Source of the DNA: Candidatus Latescibacterota bacterium
GTDB taxonomy: Bacteria; Latescibacterota; UBA2968; UBA8231
Direction of reading: 5' to 3'
Length of the DNA: 64,000 bases
NCBI GenBank assembly: GCA_965243025.1
Contig: CBDETY010000003.1
Location: 2,880,001-2,944,000 of the forward strand
Below the pieces are notes generated by a model. That model was not told where the DNA came from. It did not search any database and was given only the letters and a program-made list of their open reading frames with translations. Positions 18,665-28,159 of this stretch are shown here, one piece after another. Position 1 is the stretch's first letter; the number at the start of each line of letters is the position of its first letter. The translations under genes were made by a program, and so were the position numbers.

Positions 18665-18674
18665 GATGAGGACG
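18665..18674 (+). repeat. 10-bp direct repeat GATGAGGACG, left copy
   Basis: Identical to 21211-21220; the pair brackets the ATPase-PIN-ligase cassette. Confidence 0.4.
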
Positions 18675-18697
18675 GGAATCCGGCAGGAGCAATGGAT

Positions 18698-20056
18698 ATG
18701 CTGAACCACCTCAAAATCGAAAATTTCAAAGCCTGGAAGGAAGCGGATCTGACGCTTGGCAAAGTGACCGGATTCTTCGGGCCCAACAGCGCCGGAAAGA
18801 GCAGCCTTCTCCAGTTTCTCCTTCTACTCAAGCAGACTCGAAACGCCACGGACCGAGGCTTGGTCCTGGATTTCGGAGGGCCGGGGGACATGGTGAATCT
18901 TGGGACCTTCAAAGACGTGGTTCACCAGCAAGATGAACAGACCCGGATAAGCTGGGCCCTTGACTGGACACTGTCGGAGCGTCTCCGGATAAATGACCCG
19001 ATGAAACTCCGAAGCAGAACGCTGTTCGTTGGCGATTGCCTTCGGACGCGTTGTGAGGTGGGCTTGAGGCAGACAACCCTGTGGCCCTACGAGCTGGCCT
19101 ATCGGTTCGCTGAAGTGGATTTCAGGCTGCGGCCCGAAGATGGCTCCCAAACGGAATTCGATCTGGAGGACACGGCCGAATTCCAATTCATACGCAACCG
19201 GGGCCGTCCCTGGCGGCTTCCGCGTCCGGTCAAGACCTACCGATTTCCCGACGAAACGAGGGTCTACTATCAGAACGCGGATTTCCTTGGTGATTTCGAG
19301 TTGGCCTACGAGAAGCTGATGGACTCGGTCTACTATCTGGGCCCCTTGCGCGAGTACCCGCGGCGGGAGTATCACTGGGGCGGTTCGAGTCCTGAGGACG
19401 TCGGACAGCGAGGCGAGCGCACCGTAGACGCCATACTGGCCGCAACTCGCGACGGAATAACGAGAAGTCTCGGTCGACGGAAACGAAAAAAGCCGTTCCA
19501 GGAGATGATCGCCTTTTGGCTGAACGAGCTTGGGCTGATTCGCGATTTCCGTATCGAGGAAATCGCAGAGGGAACCAATCTGTACCGGGCGATGGTCAGG
19601 ACCTCCGCATCGAGCGTGCCCACAGGACTGACCGACGTTGGGTTCGGTGTATCCCAGGTTCTGCCAGCCCTGGTCTTGCTATACTACGTCCCCGAAGGTT
19701 CGACGGTGCTGTTGGAGCAGCCGGAAATTCATCTCCATCCGGGGGTGCAGAGTGGACTGGCGGATGTCATGTTGAAGGTCGCCGAGACTCGAAACGTGCA
19801 GATCATCCTGGAGAGCCACAGCGAGCACCTGATGCGGCGCCTGCAACGCCGGGTGGCGGAAGAGACCACTTCCTCCGGGGACGTGAAGTTGTATTTCGTA
19901 TCAACGAATCGAGGCGCTGCCCAAGCCACCGATCTTGCCCTGAACGAGTGGGGCGAGATCGAAAATTGGCCTGATCAGTTCTTCGGCGACGAAATGGGGG
20001 AGATCGCGGCGATCACCAAGGCTTCCTTGAGTAGAAAAATGAAGGTGTCCGCATGA
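18698..20056 (+). CDS. AAA_21-type ABC ATPase with C-terminal DUF3696
   Basis: LKIENFKAW, Walker A GPNSAGKSS, YLGPLR, DVGFGVSQ, Walker B VLLEQPE.HLHP, ESHSEH, C-terminal GEIENWPDQFF. AGGAG RBS. Confidence 0.88.
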   Translation: MLNHLKIENFKAWKEADLTLGKVTGFFGPNSAGKSSLLQFLLLLKQTRNATDRGLVLDFGGPGDMVNLGTFKDVVHQQDEQTRISWALDWTLSERLRINDPMKLRSRTLFVGDCLRTRCEVGLRQTTLWPYELAYRFAEVDFRLRPEDGSQTEFDLEDTAEFQFIRNRGRPWRLPRPVKTYRFPDETRVYYQNADFLGDFELAYEKLMDSVYYLGPLREYPRREYHWGGSSPEDVGQRGERTVDAILAATRDGITRSLGRRKRKKPFQEMIAFWLNELGLIRDFRIEEIAEGTNLYRAMVRTSASSVPTGLTDVGFGVSQVLPALVLLYYVPEGSTVLLEQPEIHLHPGVQSGLADVMLKVAETRNVQIILESHSEHLMRRLQRRVAEETTSSGDVKLYFVSTNRGAAQATDLALNEWGEIENWPDQFFGDEMGEIAAITKASLSRKMKVSA

Positions 20057-20526
20057 CGGCATTCGTCGTGGATACCAATGTCGCGATAGCCGCGAACGGG
20101 AGAGAGACCCACGCAGATGACCTGTGCCGACTGGCTTGTATGGAGAAACTGGAACACCTGGTCGAGAGGGGAACCGTGACCGTCGATAAATCAGGTCTCG
20201 TTCTGGAGGAGTATGCAAACCACTTGTGCTTGTCTGGAAATCCAGGCGTTGGGGATGCCTTCTTCAGGCATGTTTTCAACAACCAGTACCAAAACCACCG
20301 GGTTCGAAGGGTCGCGGTTACGCCATCCGACGATGACCGGAGAGGGTTTGAAGAACTTCCCGAGAACAGGTTTGACCGGTCGGACCGGAAATTCCTCGCG
20401 GTCGCGGTGGCCGCAAAGGCAGTCGTTCTGAACGCGACCGACAGCGACTGGGGCGAGCACGAATCGTTGATGGACGAACTGGGCGTGGAAGTCAAACAGC
20501 TCTGCCCTCAACACGCAACAAAATGA
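20053..20526 (+). CDS. PIN-domain-like protein (putative RNase)
   Basis: FVVDTNV, LEEY, FDRSDRKFLAVA, ATDSDW give the PIN acidic residue pattern. ATGA-coupled to the ATPase. Confidence 0.7.
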   Translation: MTAFVVDTNVAIAANGRETHADDLCRLACMEKLEHLVERGTVTVDKSGLVLEEYANHLCLSGNPGVGDAFFRHVFNNQYQNHRVRRVAVTPSDDDRRGFEELPENRFDRSDRKFLAVAVAAKAVVLNATDSDWGEHESLMDELGVEVKQLCPQHATK

Positions 20527-20558
20527 CGTCTCCGGGGAGCAGGTGAGGACCGAAGCCT

Positions 20559-21215
20559 TTGAACCCCAAGTATCCCAAGACCCCGTACTGGCCCTGGTCG
20601 CCGTTCATCGGTCGCGACGACACGGTACATAAAAACCCGGACAGATTCGTCGGCGAACCCGTGGTTGTGACGGAAAAGCTGGACGGCGGCAACACGCTGC
20701 TTCACTCAGGCGAGGTTTATGGACGCAGCGTGTCGACCCCATGCGAAGGCAAGTGGATGGCGATGGTGAAGAAACACCACGCCTGGAAAGTGAGGGAGCC
20801 GGATCTGTATCTCTACGGCGAGGATATCTACGGGGTCCACAGCATCGCGTACGACCCCGTGCCGGAGAACCGGACCTTCCATGCATTTGCGCTGAGGGAC
20901 GGAGGCGGTGCATTCGCCTCCTTTTCGGAAGTCGAAGCCTATGCGAAGCGGCAGGGAATCCCGGTTGTCCCGGTCCTTTTCAAGGGCCGCTTCAAGTCGC
21001 TTGCCGAGATACGCGCGTTTCTGGAGCGCGCGCATGGGGAAGCCTCCCTGCTTGGAGGAGAGCGGGAGGGCGTCGTACTACGGCTGGCCGGCGGCTTTCC
21101 CGAGGCGGAATTTCCGCAAAGTGTCTGCAAGAGCGTCCGCCCTGACCACGTGCAGAGCGAAGAACACTGGTCCAGGAACTGGGTCCCGTGCAAAATCGCA
21201 CGGGACCCTGGATGA
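20559..21215 (+). CDS. Rnl2-like RNA ligase family nucleotidyltransferase
   Basis: KYPKTP, motif I TEKLDGGN, III LYGE, IIIa FHAFAL, VVPVLF.G, IV EREGVVLR, V CKSV. TTG start after GGTGAGG. Confidence 0.85.
   Translation: MNPKYPKTPYWPWSPFIGRDDTVHKNPDRFVGEPVVVTEKLDGGNTLLHSGEVYGRSVSTPCEGKWMAMVKKHHAWKVREPDLYLYGEDIYGVHSIAYDPVPENRTFHAFALRDGGGAFASFSEVEAYAKRQGIPVVPVLFKGRFKSLAEIRAFLERAHGEASLLGGEREGVVLRLAGGFPEAEFPQSVCKSVRPDHVQSEEHWSRNWVPCKIARDPG
21181..21208. terminator. Perfect 11-bp hairpin between convergent genes
   Basis: GGGTCCCGTGC-AAAATC-GCACGGGACCC at the ligase 3' end. No clear U-tract. Confidence 0.35.
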
Positions 21216-21220
21216 GGACG
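21211..21220 (+). repeat. 10-bp direct repeat GATGAGGACG, right copy
   Basis: Contains the ligase stop codon; identical to 18665-18674. Confidence 0.4.
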
Positions 21221-21264
21221 CTTCTCCTTCCTGGATTCGGAGGGTTACCCCTTGGTGGCCGCCT

Positions 21265-22260
21265 TCAGCGAATCGCCAGGGGCCGGCCGGGGGAGCCGGT
21301 CCCGCCCTTGAAGCGGATCGGGGCGAACACGAACAGGAACTCGTAGACCTCGTCCTCGACGAGCCCGTCGAACACCATGTTTTCGAGGTTCCAGATGCCG
21401 TGCTTGCAGATCAGCTCGGTGTGCACGGGGAATGCAAGACCCTCCTGGGGGTTCGGGATCACTTCGCCGTTCCACTGGTCGGATCCCCACATCGAGGCAT
21501 TGCGCTCGGCGACCCAGGCCGCTACCTCGAGACCGATTCCGGGCGGGTTGGTGTTGTACTTGTCGCCGTCGGTCCAGTACTTCGACCAACCGTAGCGGAA
21601 GAAGAGGGCGTCCCCGTCCTTCAAATCCTGCTCAGACATCCCCTGGCGCTCGAGAGCGGCTCTCACGTCGGCGACGGTCACCTCGTAGCTGTGGTCGAGC
21701 GCCTCCATCCCCTTCTGGCCGGCAATGTCGATCAGTACGCCGCGGGTCAGGTACGGTTTGACCTGCTCGATGCCGAGCTTCCGCAGGCCGTAGGAGCCCT
21801 CTATCTCGTCGATGGGGAAGCCGTTGTAGAACACATCCTGCACGGACCCGTCCCCCATGGTGGTGCGGACGCCGATGTGGCCGGGGCCGTCGAACTGGGT
21901 TCCGACCTGACCGATCTCGGCCGTGAGGATCTCGTCGAAGTAGACGAGGGCGTTGTCGCCGAAGGGTCCGCCCGTGGGAGAACCCGGAATGAACATCGAG
22001 TAGGTGCGGCCCTCGAACAGGGGAATGCCGCGCTCGTACACCTGCCCGAGCTCGTACACCTTGCCCGTCTTCACGAGCTGGACCGCCTCGAGGATCTTCT
22101 CCGGGGTTATCCAGTTCGAGCCTCCCGCCTGGTCCTCGGGCCCCCACAGCGGGTGGGGCCACCACGGCCCTTTTTCGCGGGTCTGCGCAAGGCTTTCGCC
22201 GGCGACGGCGACTGCGATCGCCGCGCATGCCAGGGTCAGGGTCAGTTGACGCAGTTTCAT
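21265..22260 (-). CDS. Cyclase / kynurenine formamidase-like family protein with signal peptide
   Basis: WGPEDQAG, QVGTQFDGPGH, TRGVLID, PGIG, ENM, GGTGSP.RPLA. N-terminal MKLRQ..AVAGESLA. AGGAGG RBS. Confidence 0.88.
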   Translation of the reverse strand: MKLRQLTLTLACAAIAVAVAGESLAQTREKGPWWPHPLWGPEDQAGGSNWITPEKILEAVQLVKTGKVYELGQVYERGIPLFEGRTYSMFIPGSPTGGPFGDNALVYFDEILTAEIGQVGTQFDGPGHIGVRTTMGDGSVQDVFYNGFPIDEIEGSYGLRKLGIEQVKPYLTRGVLIDIAGQKGMEALDHSYEVTVADVRAALERQGMSEQDLKDGDALFFRYGWSKYWTDGDKYNTNPPGIGLEVAAWVAERNASMWGSDQWNGEVIPNPQEGLAFPVHTELICKHGIWNLENMVFDGLVEDEVYEFLFVFAPIRFKGGTGSPGRPLAIR

Positions 22261-22528
22261 GGTTGCTCCTCCTGTCTGAAGTGGACGCCAAGTACCGCCA
22301 AACCGGTGGAGTCCGTCAATATCCGCTTCCTTGGACCCCGTTGCCGACAGCCGGGGGCCCCACACTCTTCCTGTCCACCCTTATATTTCCCGGCTCGAAA
22401 ACCGCTGGAAATCCTGATTACCTGAATTTCAGAACGTCAGCAAAGCCACCGATCCGTCCACCGGGATTCGTTACCTGAAATCCGGAATCGTCGGGCACCT
22501 GAGGGACCGGCTGCTGAATGAGACACGA

Positions 22529-23392
22529 ATGCCTGAAATAGAAACCCGCGTCCTGGGAAGGACCGGCATGACGCCGAAAGCCCTCGGTTTCGGCTGGGCC
22601 CACCTCAGGACCGAGTCCGACGCGGTCGAGGCGGTGCGCCGCGCCATCGAGCTCGGCGTCGACTACATGGACACCTCGGCCGGGTACGGCGACAGCGAGC
22701 GCCTTCTCGGGCTGGCGCTCGCAGGGGGCTGGCGCGAACGCGTCTACCTGCAGACGAAGACCGGCACCCACCGGGACAGGCCCGGGGATTACTCCGCTGA
22801 GGGCACGCGCTGGTCGGTCGAGAACAGCCTCAGGCGGCTCGGGACCGATTACCTCGACGCCGTTCTGATCCACGATCCGGCCGACATCGAACCGGCGCTG
22901 GTTCCCGGGGGCGCCCTCGACGAGCTCTGGCGCATGAAGGAGGAGGGGATCGTCGGACACGTCGGCCTCGGCTGCCGGCCGCAGCCCTTCCACCGGCGCG
23001 CCATCGAGACCGGCCGGCTGGAAATCGTCCTCACCTTTCTCGACTACAACCTCATGAACCAGTCGGCCGCGGCGACGACCCTGCCGCTGGCACGGGAACG
23101 CGGAGTCGGTGTGATCCTGGCGAGCGCCCTCGGCCTCGGCCGCCTCACCGGGGTCGAGCCCGACCGCGGGGCCGAGCCGCTCGCCCACCGCATGTGGCAG
23201 TGGTGCCGGGAACACGGGGTCAACATCCGCCACCTCTCGATGCAGTTCTGTCTCGCCGCCGACATCGAGGGGATCGTGCTGGCCGGGCCGAAGAACCGCC
23301 AGCAGGTCGACGACGCGATCGAAGCTGCCACCGTCGAGGTCCCGCCCGAGGTCTGGGCGGCCTTCAAGGCGGAGTTCGGAGTCGGGCTTTAG
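22529..23392 (+). CDS. Aldo/keto reductase
   Basis: RVLGRTG, DTSAGYGDSE..LG, TK, SLRRLGTDYLD..IH. Confidence 0.92.
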   Translation: MPEIETRVLGRTGMTPKALGFGWAHLRTESDAVEAVRRAIELGVDYMDTSAGYGDSERLLGLALAGGWRERVYLQTKTGTHRDRPGDYSAEGTRWSVENSLRRLGTDYLDAVLIHDPADIEPALVPGGALDELWRMKEEGIVGHVGLGCRPQPFHRRAIETGRLEIVLTFLDYNLMNQSAAATTLPLARERGVGVILASALGLGRLTGVEPDRGAEPLAHRMWQWCREHGVNIRHLSMQFCLAADIEGIVLAGPKNRQQVDDAIEAATVEVPPEVWAAFKAEFGVGL

Positions 23393-23412
23393 GCGAGACC
23401 CGGGTATCGGCC

Positions 23413-24366
23413 TCACCCCTGCGATGCGCGGATGTACTGCTCCACCTCGAGGTCGAAGGTCTCCTGGAAGGTGCGGCCTTCGAACAGCTCGATCAGGGGC
23501 ATGCGTTCGTCGGGATCGGCCTGCGAACCGGCGCTCGGCTCTAGAGTGGCCCCGATGAGCTGCTTCTGCACCGGGCTACACATCTCCGCGGCCTCGGGGG
23601 ACACCTCGTTGCGGTCGCTGAGCCGCGCCCACCAGGGGCCGTACACGTAGTAGAGATTGCGGCGGTACACCTCCGAGGTGTTGCGGGAAACCGCGTGGAA
23701 CAGGGCGTTGTGGAAGACGACGGCGTCCCCCCGCTTCAGGGTGATCTGCACCGCCCCGGGACAGCCTTCGCAGATGTCGTCGAGCTCCTGGTACCCGGCG
23801 AACGAGGTCAGCCTGAGGGCGTGGTCCATTCCCCCGGGAATCCTGGGAAACCCGAGGCGGTGGCTTCCCGGGATGACGCAGAAGTTCCCCATGTCCGGCT
23901 CGGGCATGTCGGTGAGGAACCAGCCGATCCGGAACTGCAGCAGGGGCAGCATGCCTCCGGCGGCCGGGAATCCGTAGGGCGCCATGGTATCGCGGTGCCA
24001 GCGGCTCGGTCTGGGATCGGGAGGGCGGATCATGATCTGCGTGGCGAGGGCGTGGACGGCGGCCCCCATCAGCCCGCAGACCAGGCCGAGGTGATTGCGG
24101 TGGTCGAGGAGGTCGATGAAGACCTGGTTGGGCCCGGTGGGAAGCCGGGTGTTGCCGTTCGACCGGTCGACGGTGCGGTCGACGACGTTCATCAGGTCGA
24201 GGTAGGTGCCGGCCTCGCGCCCGTGCTTTCGGGAGAACTCGTCGCAGCGGTCGATCTCGGCGTCGATGGCGGCCATCTCCTCCTCGGTGAGGGCGTCCTC
24301 GACGAGGAAGTAGCCGTCGCGGTCCCACTGCTCGCGTTCGCTGTCGGTCAGGCGGCGGAAGTCCAT
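23413..24366 (-). CDS. Phytanoyl-CoA dioxygenase (PhyH) family protein
   Basis: WDRDGYFLVEDAL, WHRD, GNFCVIPGSH, GDAVVFHNALFH, R. AAGGGG RBS. Confidence 0.88.
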   Translation of the reverse strand: MDFRRLTDSEREQWDRDGYFLVEDALTEEEMAAIDAEIDRCDEFSRKHGREAGTYLDLMNVVDRTVDRSNGNTRLPTGPNQVFIDLLDHRNHLGLVCGLMGAAVHALATQIMIRPPDPRPSRWHRDTMAPYGFPAAGGMLPLLQFRIGWFLTDMPEPDMGNFCVIPGSHRLGFPRIPGGMDHALRLTSFAGYQELDDICEGCPGAVQITLKRGDAVVFHNALFHAVSRNTSEVYRRNLYYVYGPWWARLSDRNEVSPEAAEMCSPVQKQLIGATLEPSAGSQADPDERMPLIELFEGRTFQETFDLEVEQYIRASQG

Positions 24367-24434
24367 GCGGGGTCCCCTTTTTGGAACTGAAGGTGTTTTC
24401 GTCGATTCGCGGTCCGGCGGCGCCCAACGGCAGG

Positions 24435-25490
24435 TCAACCGCTTGCCGGCGACGGTTCCGGGGCCTGCGGCTCTCTTTCCGCGGTCTTTATCAGCGCCCT
24501 CATGTACCCCAGGTCGTAGGCGTTGGCCTGGCGGAAGTCCTCGTCCCCGTCGACGCGGGGCCAGTGCGCCGGCGCCAGATGGGCACCGGAGCCGGCGCGG
24601 TTGAGGGAGCGGATGACGGCGAGCAGGTCGCAGTCGCCCAGGTCGAGGAAGGTCTCCCCGAAACTCGGGACGGTGCCGTTGACGGCCTGCACGTGTCCCA
24701 TGAAGATCTTCTCTCCCCCCAGCGAGCGGATCGCGTGGTGGAGGTCGATCCCCATCGCCTGCCAGTTCCCCAGACACATGTTGATCCCCCACATCTCGCT
24801 GTCGCCGATCTCCAGCGCCCGCATGTGGCCCTCGAGGTCGTGGAACAGCCTCGGCACCCCTCCCATGCTCTCGACCGGCGGGTCGTCGGGGTGCACGGCC
24901 ATCCTCACTCCCGCCTCTTCGCACACCGGCACGATCCGACGCGCGAAGTACTCGTAGTTGTCCCACATCTCCTCGCGGCTGTACTCGCGGCCCCGGAACA
25001 GGGGGAGGGGCTCGAGCCTGTCCATGTCGATCCGGGACAGCAGCGCGCCGGCGCGGCCCCGGACTTCGTACGAATGGCGCCAGGAGGCGCTGATCATCGT
25101 CGGGGGATTGACCATCCAGTGGTAGGCCATCAGCGTGACCCCCGCCTTTCCCGCGAGCCGGATGTTGTGGGCGAGATTGTCGATCTGCCGGTCGCGCAGC
25201 TCCCCGCCGAGCCAGATGTGCTCCATGGCCGATGCTTCCCCCTGCCCTGCCAGCTCGAGGGTGCCCAGCTCCATGCCGAGGTCGCGGATCTCGTTGACGA
25301 GGTTCACCAGCCTCAGGTAGTCCCAGTGCATCCCCGGCTTGCTGCCCCCGGTCTTGCCGCCGGGATTGAGGCTCGGGTCGATGCAGCCGACGATGACCTT
25401 GTCGACGCCGAACTGGGCGAGGGACCGCAGCAGGGTCTTGTCCTTCATCACCGGCTCGAACCGGGCGTACGCACCGAGACAGACAGGCAT
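24435..25490 (-). CDS. Mannonate dehydratase (UxuA)-like protein
   Basis: IWLGGELRDRQI, AYHWM, SREEMWDNYEYF..IVPVCEEAGVRMAVHPDDPP, CLG, FGETF.D.GD. Confidence 0.82.
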   Translation of the reverse strand: MPVCLGAYARFEPVMKDKTLLRSLAQFGVDKVIVGCIDPSLNPGGKTGGSKPGMHWDYLRLVNLVNEIRDLGMELGTLELAGQGEASAMEHIWLGGELRDRQIDNLAHNIRLAGKAGVTLMAYHWMVNPPTMISASWRHSYEVRGRAGALLSRIDMDRLEPLPLFRGREYSREEMWDNYEYFARRIVPVCEEAGVRMAVHPDDPPVESMGGVPRLFHDLEGHMRALEIGDSEMWGINMCLGNWQAMGIDLHHAIRSLGGEKIFMGHVQAVNGTVPSFGETFLDLGDCDLLAVIRSLNRAGSGAHLAPAHWPRVDGDEDFRQANAYDLGYMRALIKTAEREPQAPEPSPASG

Positions 25491-25527
25491 GGAGTTTCTC
25501 CTCAGTTTTCTCCTCAGTTTATCCGGA

Positions 25528-26040
25528 TCAGGCGGAGCGGCCCCCGGCGACGAGCACCGACATCTCCGCCAGGCGGCGGCCGAGCCGGGCGGCCCAGGCC
25601 GCGGCCTCCCCGTCGAGCTCCTCGACGATGACGCCGCCGACGAAGTCGGAACCGCCGGCTTCCGGGGCGCCCTGTCCGATCACCGCCATGTTGTAGAGCA
25701 GGAACGAGCGCAGGATCACGCCGATGACGGACTCCTGGCCCCCGAAGGAGCCGTGCGAGCCGGAAAAAGCGGCGCCGACCTTGTAGTTCAGGTGCTCGCG
25801 GATCTCCGACATCCTGCCGATGAGGGCGCCTATCTCGGGGGAGACCGTGTGCCCCGGCATCTTCGGCGAGCCGATGGCGATGCCTTCGGCCCTGACGAGA
25901 TCCCCGTCGCTCACCTCGGAGACCGGCTTGAGGGTGACCGCCGCCCCCTCGACCTGCCCGGCCCCGGCACGGATCCCCTCGGCGAGGCGCCGGAAGGGAC
26001 CGTCTCCGTAGGTGTGGTAGATGATCAGCACCTCGACCAT
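25528..26040 (-). CDS. Flavodoxin/WrbA-like protein
   Basis: VLIIY..LAEGIRAGA, GIAIGSP, KVGAAFS.S..GGQES, ARLGRRLAE. Confidence 0.75.
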   Translation of the reverse strand: MVEVLIIYHTYGDGPFRRLAEGIRAGAGQVEGAAVTLKPVSEVSDGDLVRAEGIAIGSPKMPGHTVSPEIGALIGRMSEIREHLNYKVGAAFSGSHGSFGGQESVIGVILRSFLLYNMAVIGQGAPEAGGSDFVGGVIVEELDGEAAAWAARLGRRLAEMSVLVAGGRSA

Positions 26041-26133
26041 GGCTACATTCCATCCCCTTCCCGCCGGACGCCGGAGACCCCGCTTCAGGGGCCGGCATTG
26101 ACCGCCGCGCAATTATAGAGGAACCCCTTCGCG

Positions 26134-28062
26134 ATGCAAACCGGATCGCCGTTCAGCCTCAAGGGCCTGCTGGTCGGCACATCGCTGTCGGTCTTCATCG
26201 GCCTCGTCGGCACCTACGGCATGATGCACGCGTACGCCGAGATCGGGTTCAACCCCTCTTCTCCGGCGGCCGTATTCCTGTTTCTCGTCGTCACCCTGTT
26301 CGTCAACAGCGTTCTCCGCCTCGCGGCGCGGCCGCTCGCCCTTTCGAGGGCGGATCTCGTCCTCGTGTACGCGATGATGCTGATGTCGCTGACGGTGCCG
26401 ACCTGGGGGTTCCTCTTCTTCCTGTTCGGCACCATGGTCTGGCCCTTCTACCACGCCACCCCGGAGAACCGCTTCGGCGAGATGTACCTCGACTGGATCC
26501 CCGAGTGGATCGCCCCCCACGACCTCACCGCCATCAAGCATTACTACGAGGGGCTCCCCGAGGGGATGCCCCTGCAGTGGGGCGCCTGGCTGGAGCCGCT
26601 GGCGAACTGGTTCCTCTTCTTCCTCGTCATCGGCTTCATGCTGATCTGCCTGAGCGCCATCTTCCACCGCCAGTGGTCCTCCCACGAGCGCCTGACCTAC
26701 CCGATGATGCAGCTGCCGGAGCGGATGATCGAGGAGGGCGGCCCCGGACTGATCGCCCCGTTCTTCCGGGACAGGACCATGTGGATGGGGTTCTTCATTC
26801 CGTTCTTCCTGTTCAGTCTCTCCGGGCTGAACCATTTCCACCCGGTGATTCCGGCCTTTCCCTTCCACCACGCCCACATACCGCTGGCCGGCCCCGGCGT
26901 GAACCTGCCGATCGTCTTCAGCTTCGCCTGGGTCGGCTTCTTCTTTCTCGTCAACCTCGACATCACCTTCAGCATCTGGTTCTTCTTCGTCCTCTTCAAG
27001 ATCCAGAGGGCGGTCTTCACCACTCTCGGAATCGCCGGCAGCGAAGTGCTGAGCGCGTACGAGGGGGGAGGGGCGGAAACCGACATCACCCACCAGGCGA
27101 CGGGAGCGGCGATCGTCTTCGTCCTCTTCGTCGTCTGGAGCGCGCGCCGCCACCTCAAGGAGGCGGCGCTCAAGGCCTGGTCCGGGACCCGCGACCCGGC
27201 CGATGCGGAGGAGCTGCTCAGCTACCGCACCGCGGTGGTCGGCTTCGCCGCCGGGATGGTCTTCTTCGCCCTGTGGCTCTGGCGCACCGGGGTCCCGGCG
27301 GTGGTGATCCCGATCGTGCTGTTCGTCGGGCTGTGCTGGTACATCTTCATCACCCGGGTCGTGACCGGGGCGGGGGTCGCCTCGGCGCGGGGGCCCCTGG
27401 TGCCGGAGTTCTTCGTCATCTCCGGGTTCGGCACCGGCATTCTCGGAGCCAGGGGAATCGTCGCGCTCAACTTCACGCTGGTCTGGCAGGGAGAGATGCG
27501 CCAGTCGCCGATGATCGCCTGTTCCAACGCCCTGAGGCTGGCCGAGCGCGTCCGCGGACCCAAGGGCCGGCTGTTCTGGGGGCTGATGATCGCCCTGGCT
27601 GCGACGTTCCTCTCCGGCACCTGGATGATCATGACGATGACGCACGAGCACGGCGCCCTGAACCTCTTCAACATCAACTGGGTCGGGGTCCACGGCTGGC
27701 AGCTGCTGCCGCCGGTCATGACCGAGATGCCGGGGGCGTACATGCGCGGCTGGTTCTTCACCGCGGTCGGGGGCGCGGCGCAGTTCTTCCTCGTGTGGGC
27801 GCAGCATCGATGGTTCTGGTGGCCGCTACACCCGATCGGCTTCGCCATCGGCACCGGCTTCCTGACCGGGATGCTGTGGTTCTCCGCCTTCGTCGCCTGG
27901 CTGCTGAAGGCGGTCGTTCTCAAGGTCTGGGGAGGAAGGACCTTTCAGAACCTCAAGACCTTCTTCCTCGGACTGATCGTCGGCGAGGCGAGCGTTGCCG
28001 GTTTCTGGTGGATCGTCTTCTGGATTTCGGGGGAACGGGGAACCCTGATCACGCAGATGTAG
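26134..28062 (+). CDS. Polytopic membrane protein, DUF6785/DUF6784-like (putative transporter)
   Basis: Many TM segments; LSRADL..VY, ATPENRF, RQW..HERL.YP, WWPLHPIG, FFLGLI.GE. Paralog of 60557-62488. Confidence 0.8.
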   Translation: MQTGSPFSLKGLLVGTSLSVFIGLVGTYGMMHAYAEIGFNPSSPAAVFLFLVVTLFVNSVLRLAARPLALSRADLVLVYAMMLMSLTVPTWGFLFFLFGTMVWPFYHATPENRFGEMYLDWIPEWIAPHDLTAIKHYYEGLPEGMPLQWGAWLEPLANWFLFFLVIGFMLICLSAIFHRQWSSHERLTYPMMQLPERMIEEGGPGLIAPFFRDRTMWMGFFIPFFLFSLSGLNHFHPVIPAFPFHHAHIPLAGPGVNLPIVFSFAWVGFFFLVNLDITFSIWFFFVLFKIQRAVFTTLGIAGSEVLSAYEGGGAETDITHQATGAAIVFVLFVVWSARRHLKEAALKAWSGTRDPADAEELLSYRTAVVGFAAGMVFFALWLWRTGVPAVVIPIVLFVGLCWYIFITRVVTGAGVASARGPLVPEFFVISGFGTGILGARGIVALNFTLVWQGEMRQSPMIACSNALRLAERVRGPKGRLFWGLMIALAATFLSGTWMIMTMTHEHGALNLFNINWVGVHGWQLLPPVMTEMPGAYMRGWFFTAVGGAAQFFLVWAQHRWFWWPLHPIGFAIGTGFLTGMLWFSAFVAWLLKAVVLKVWGGRTFQNLKTFFLGLIVGEASVAGFWWIVFWISGERGTLITQM

Positions 28063-28159
28063 GGTGACAACCGCTGGAGGGAGGTTCTCCGCGGGAGCCG
28101 GAAAGATTGCATGCCAGAAAGCCCGCGGCCCCGGTGGGACCTCGACGGGAAATGGTTTC

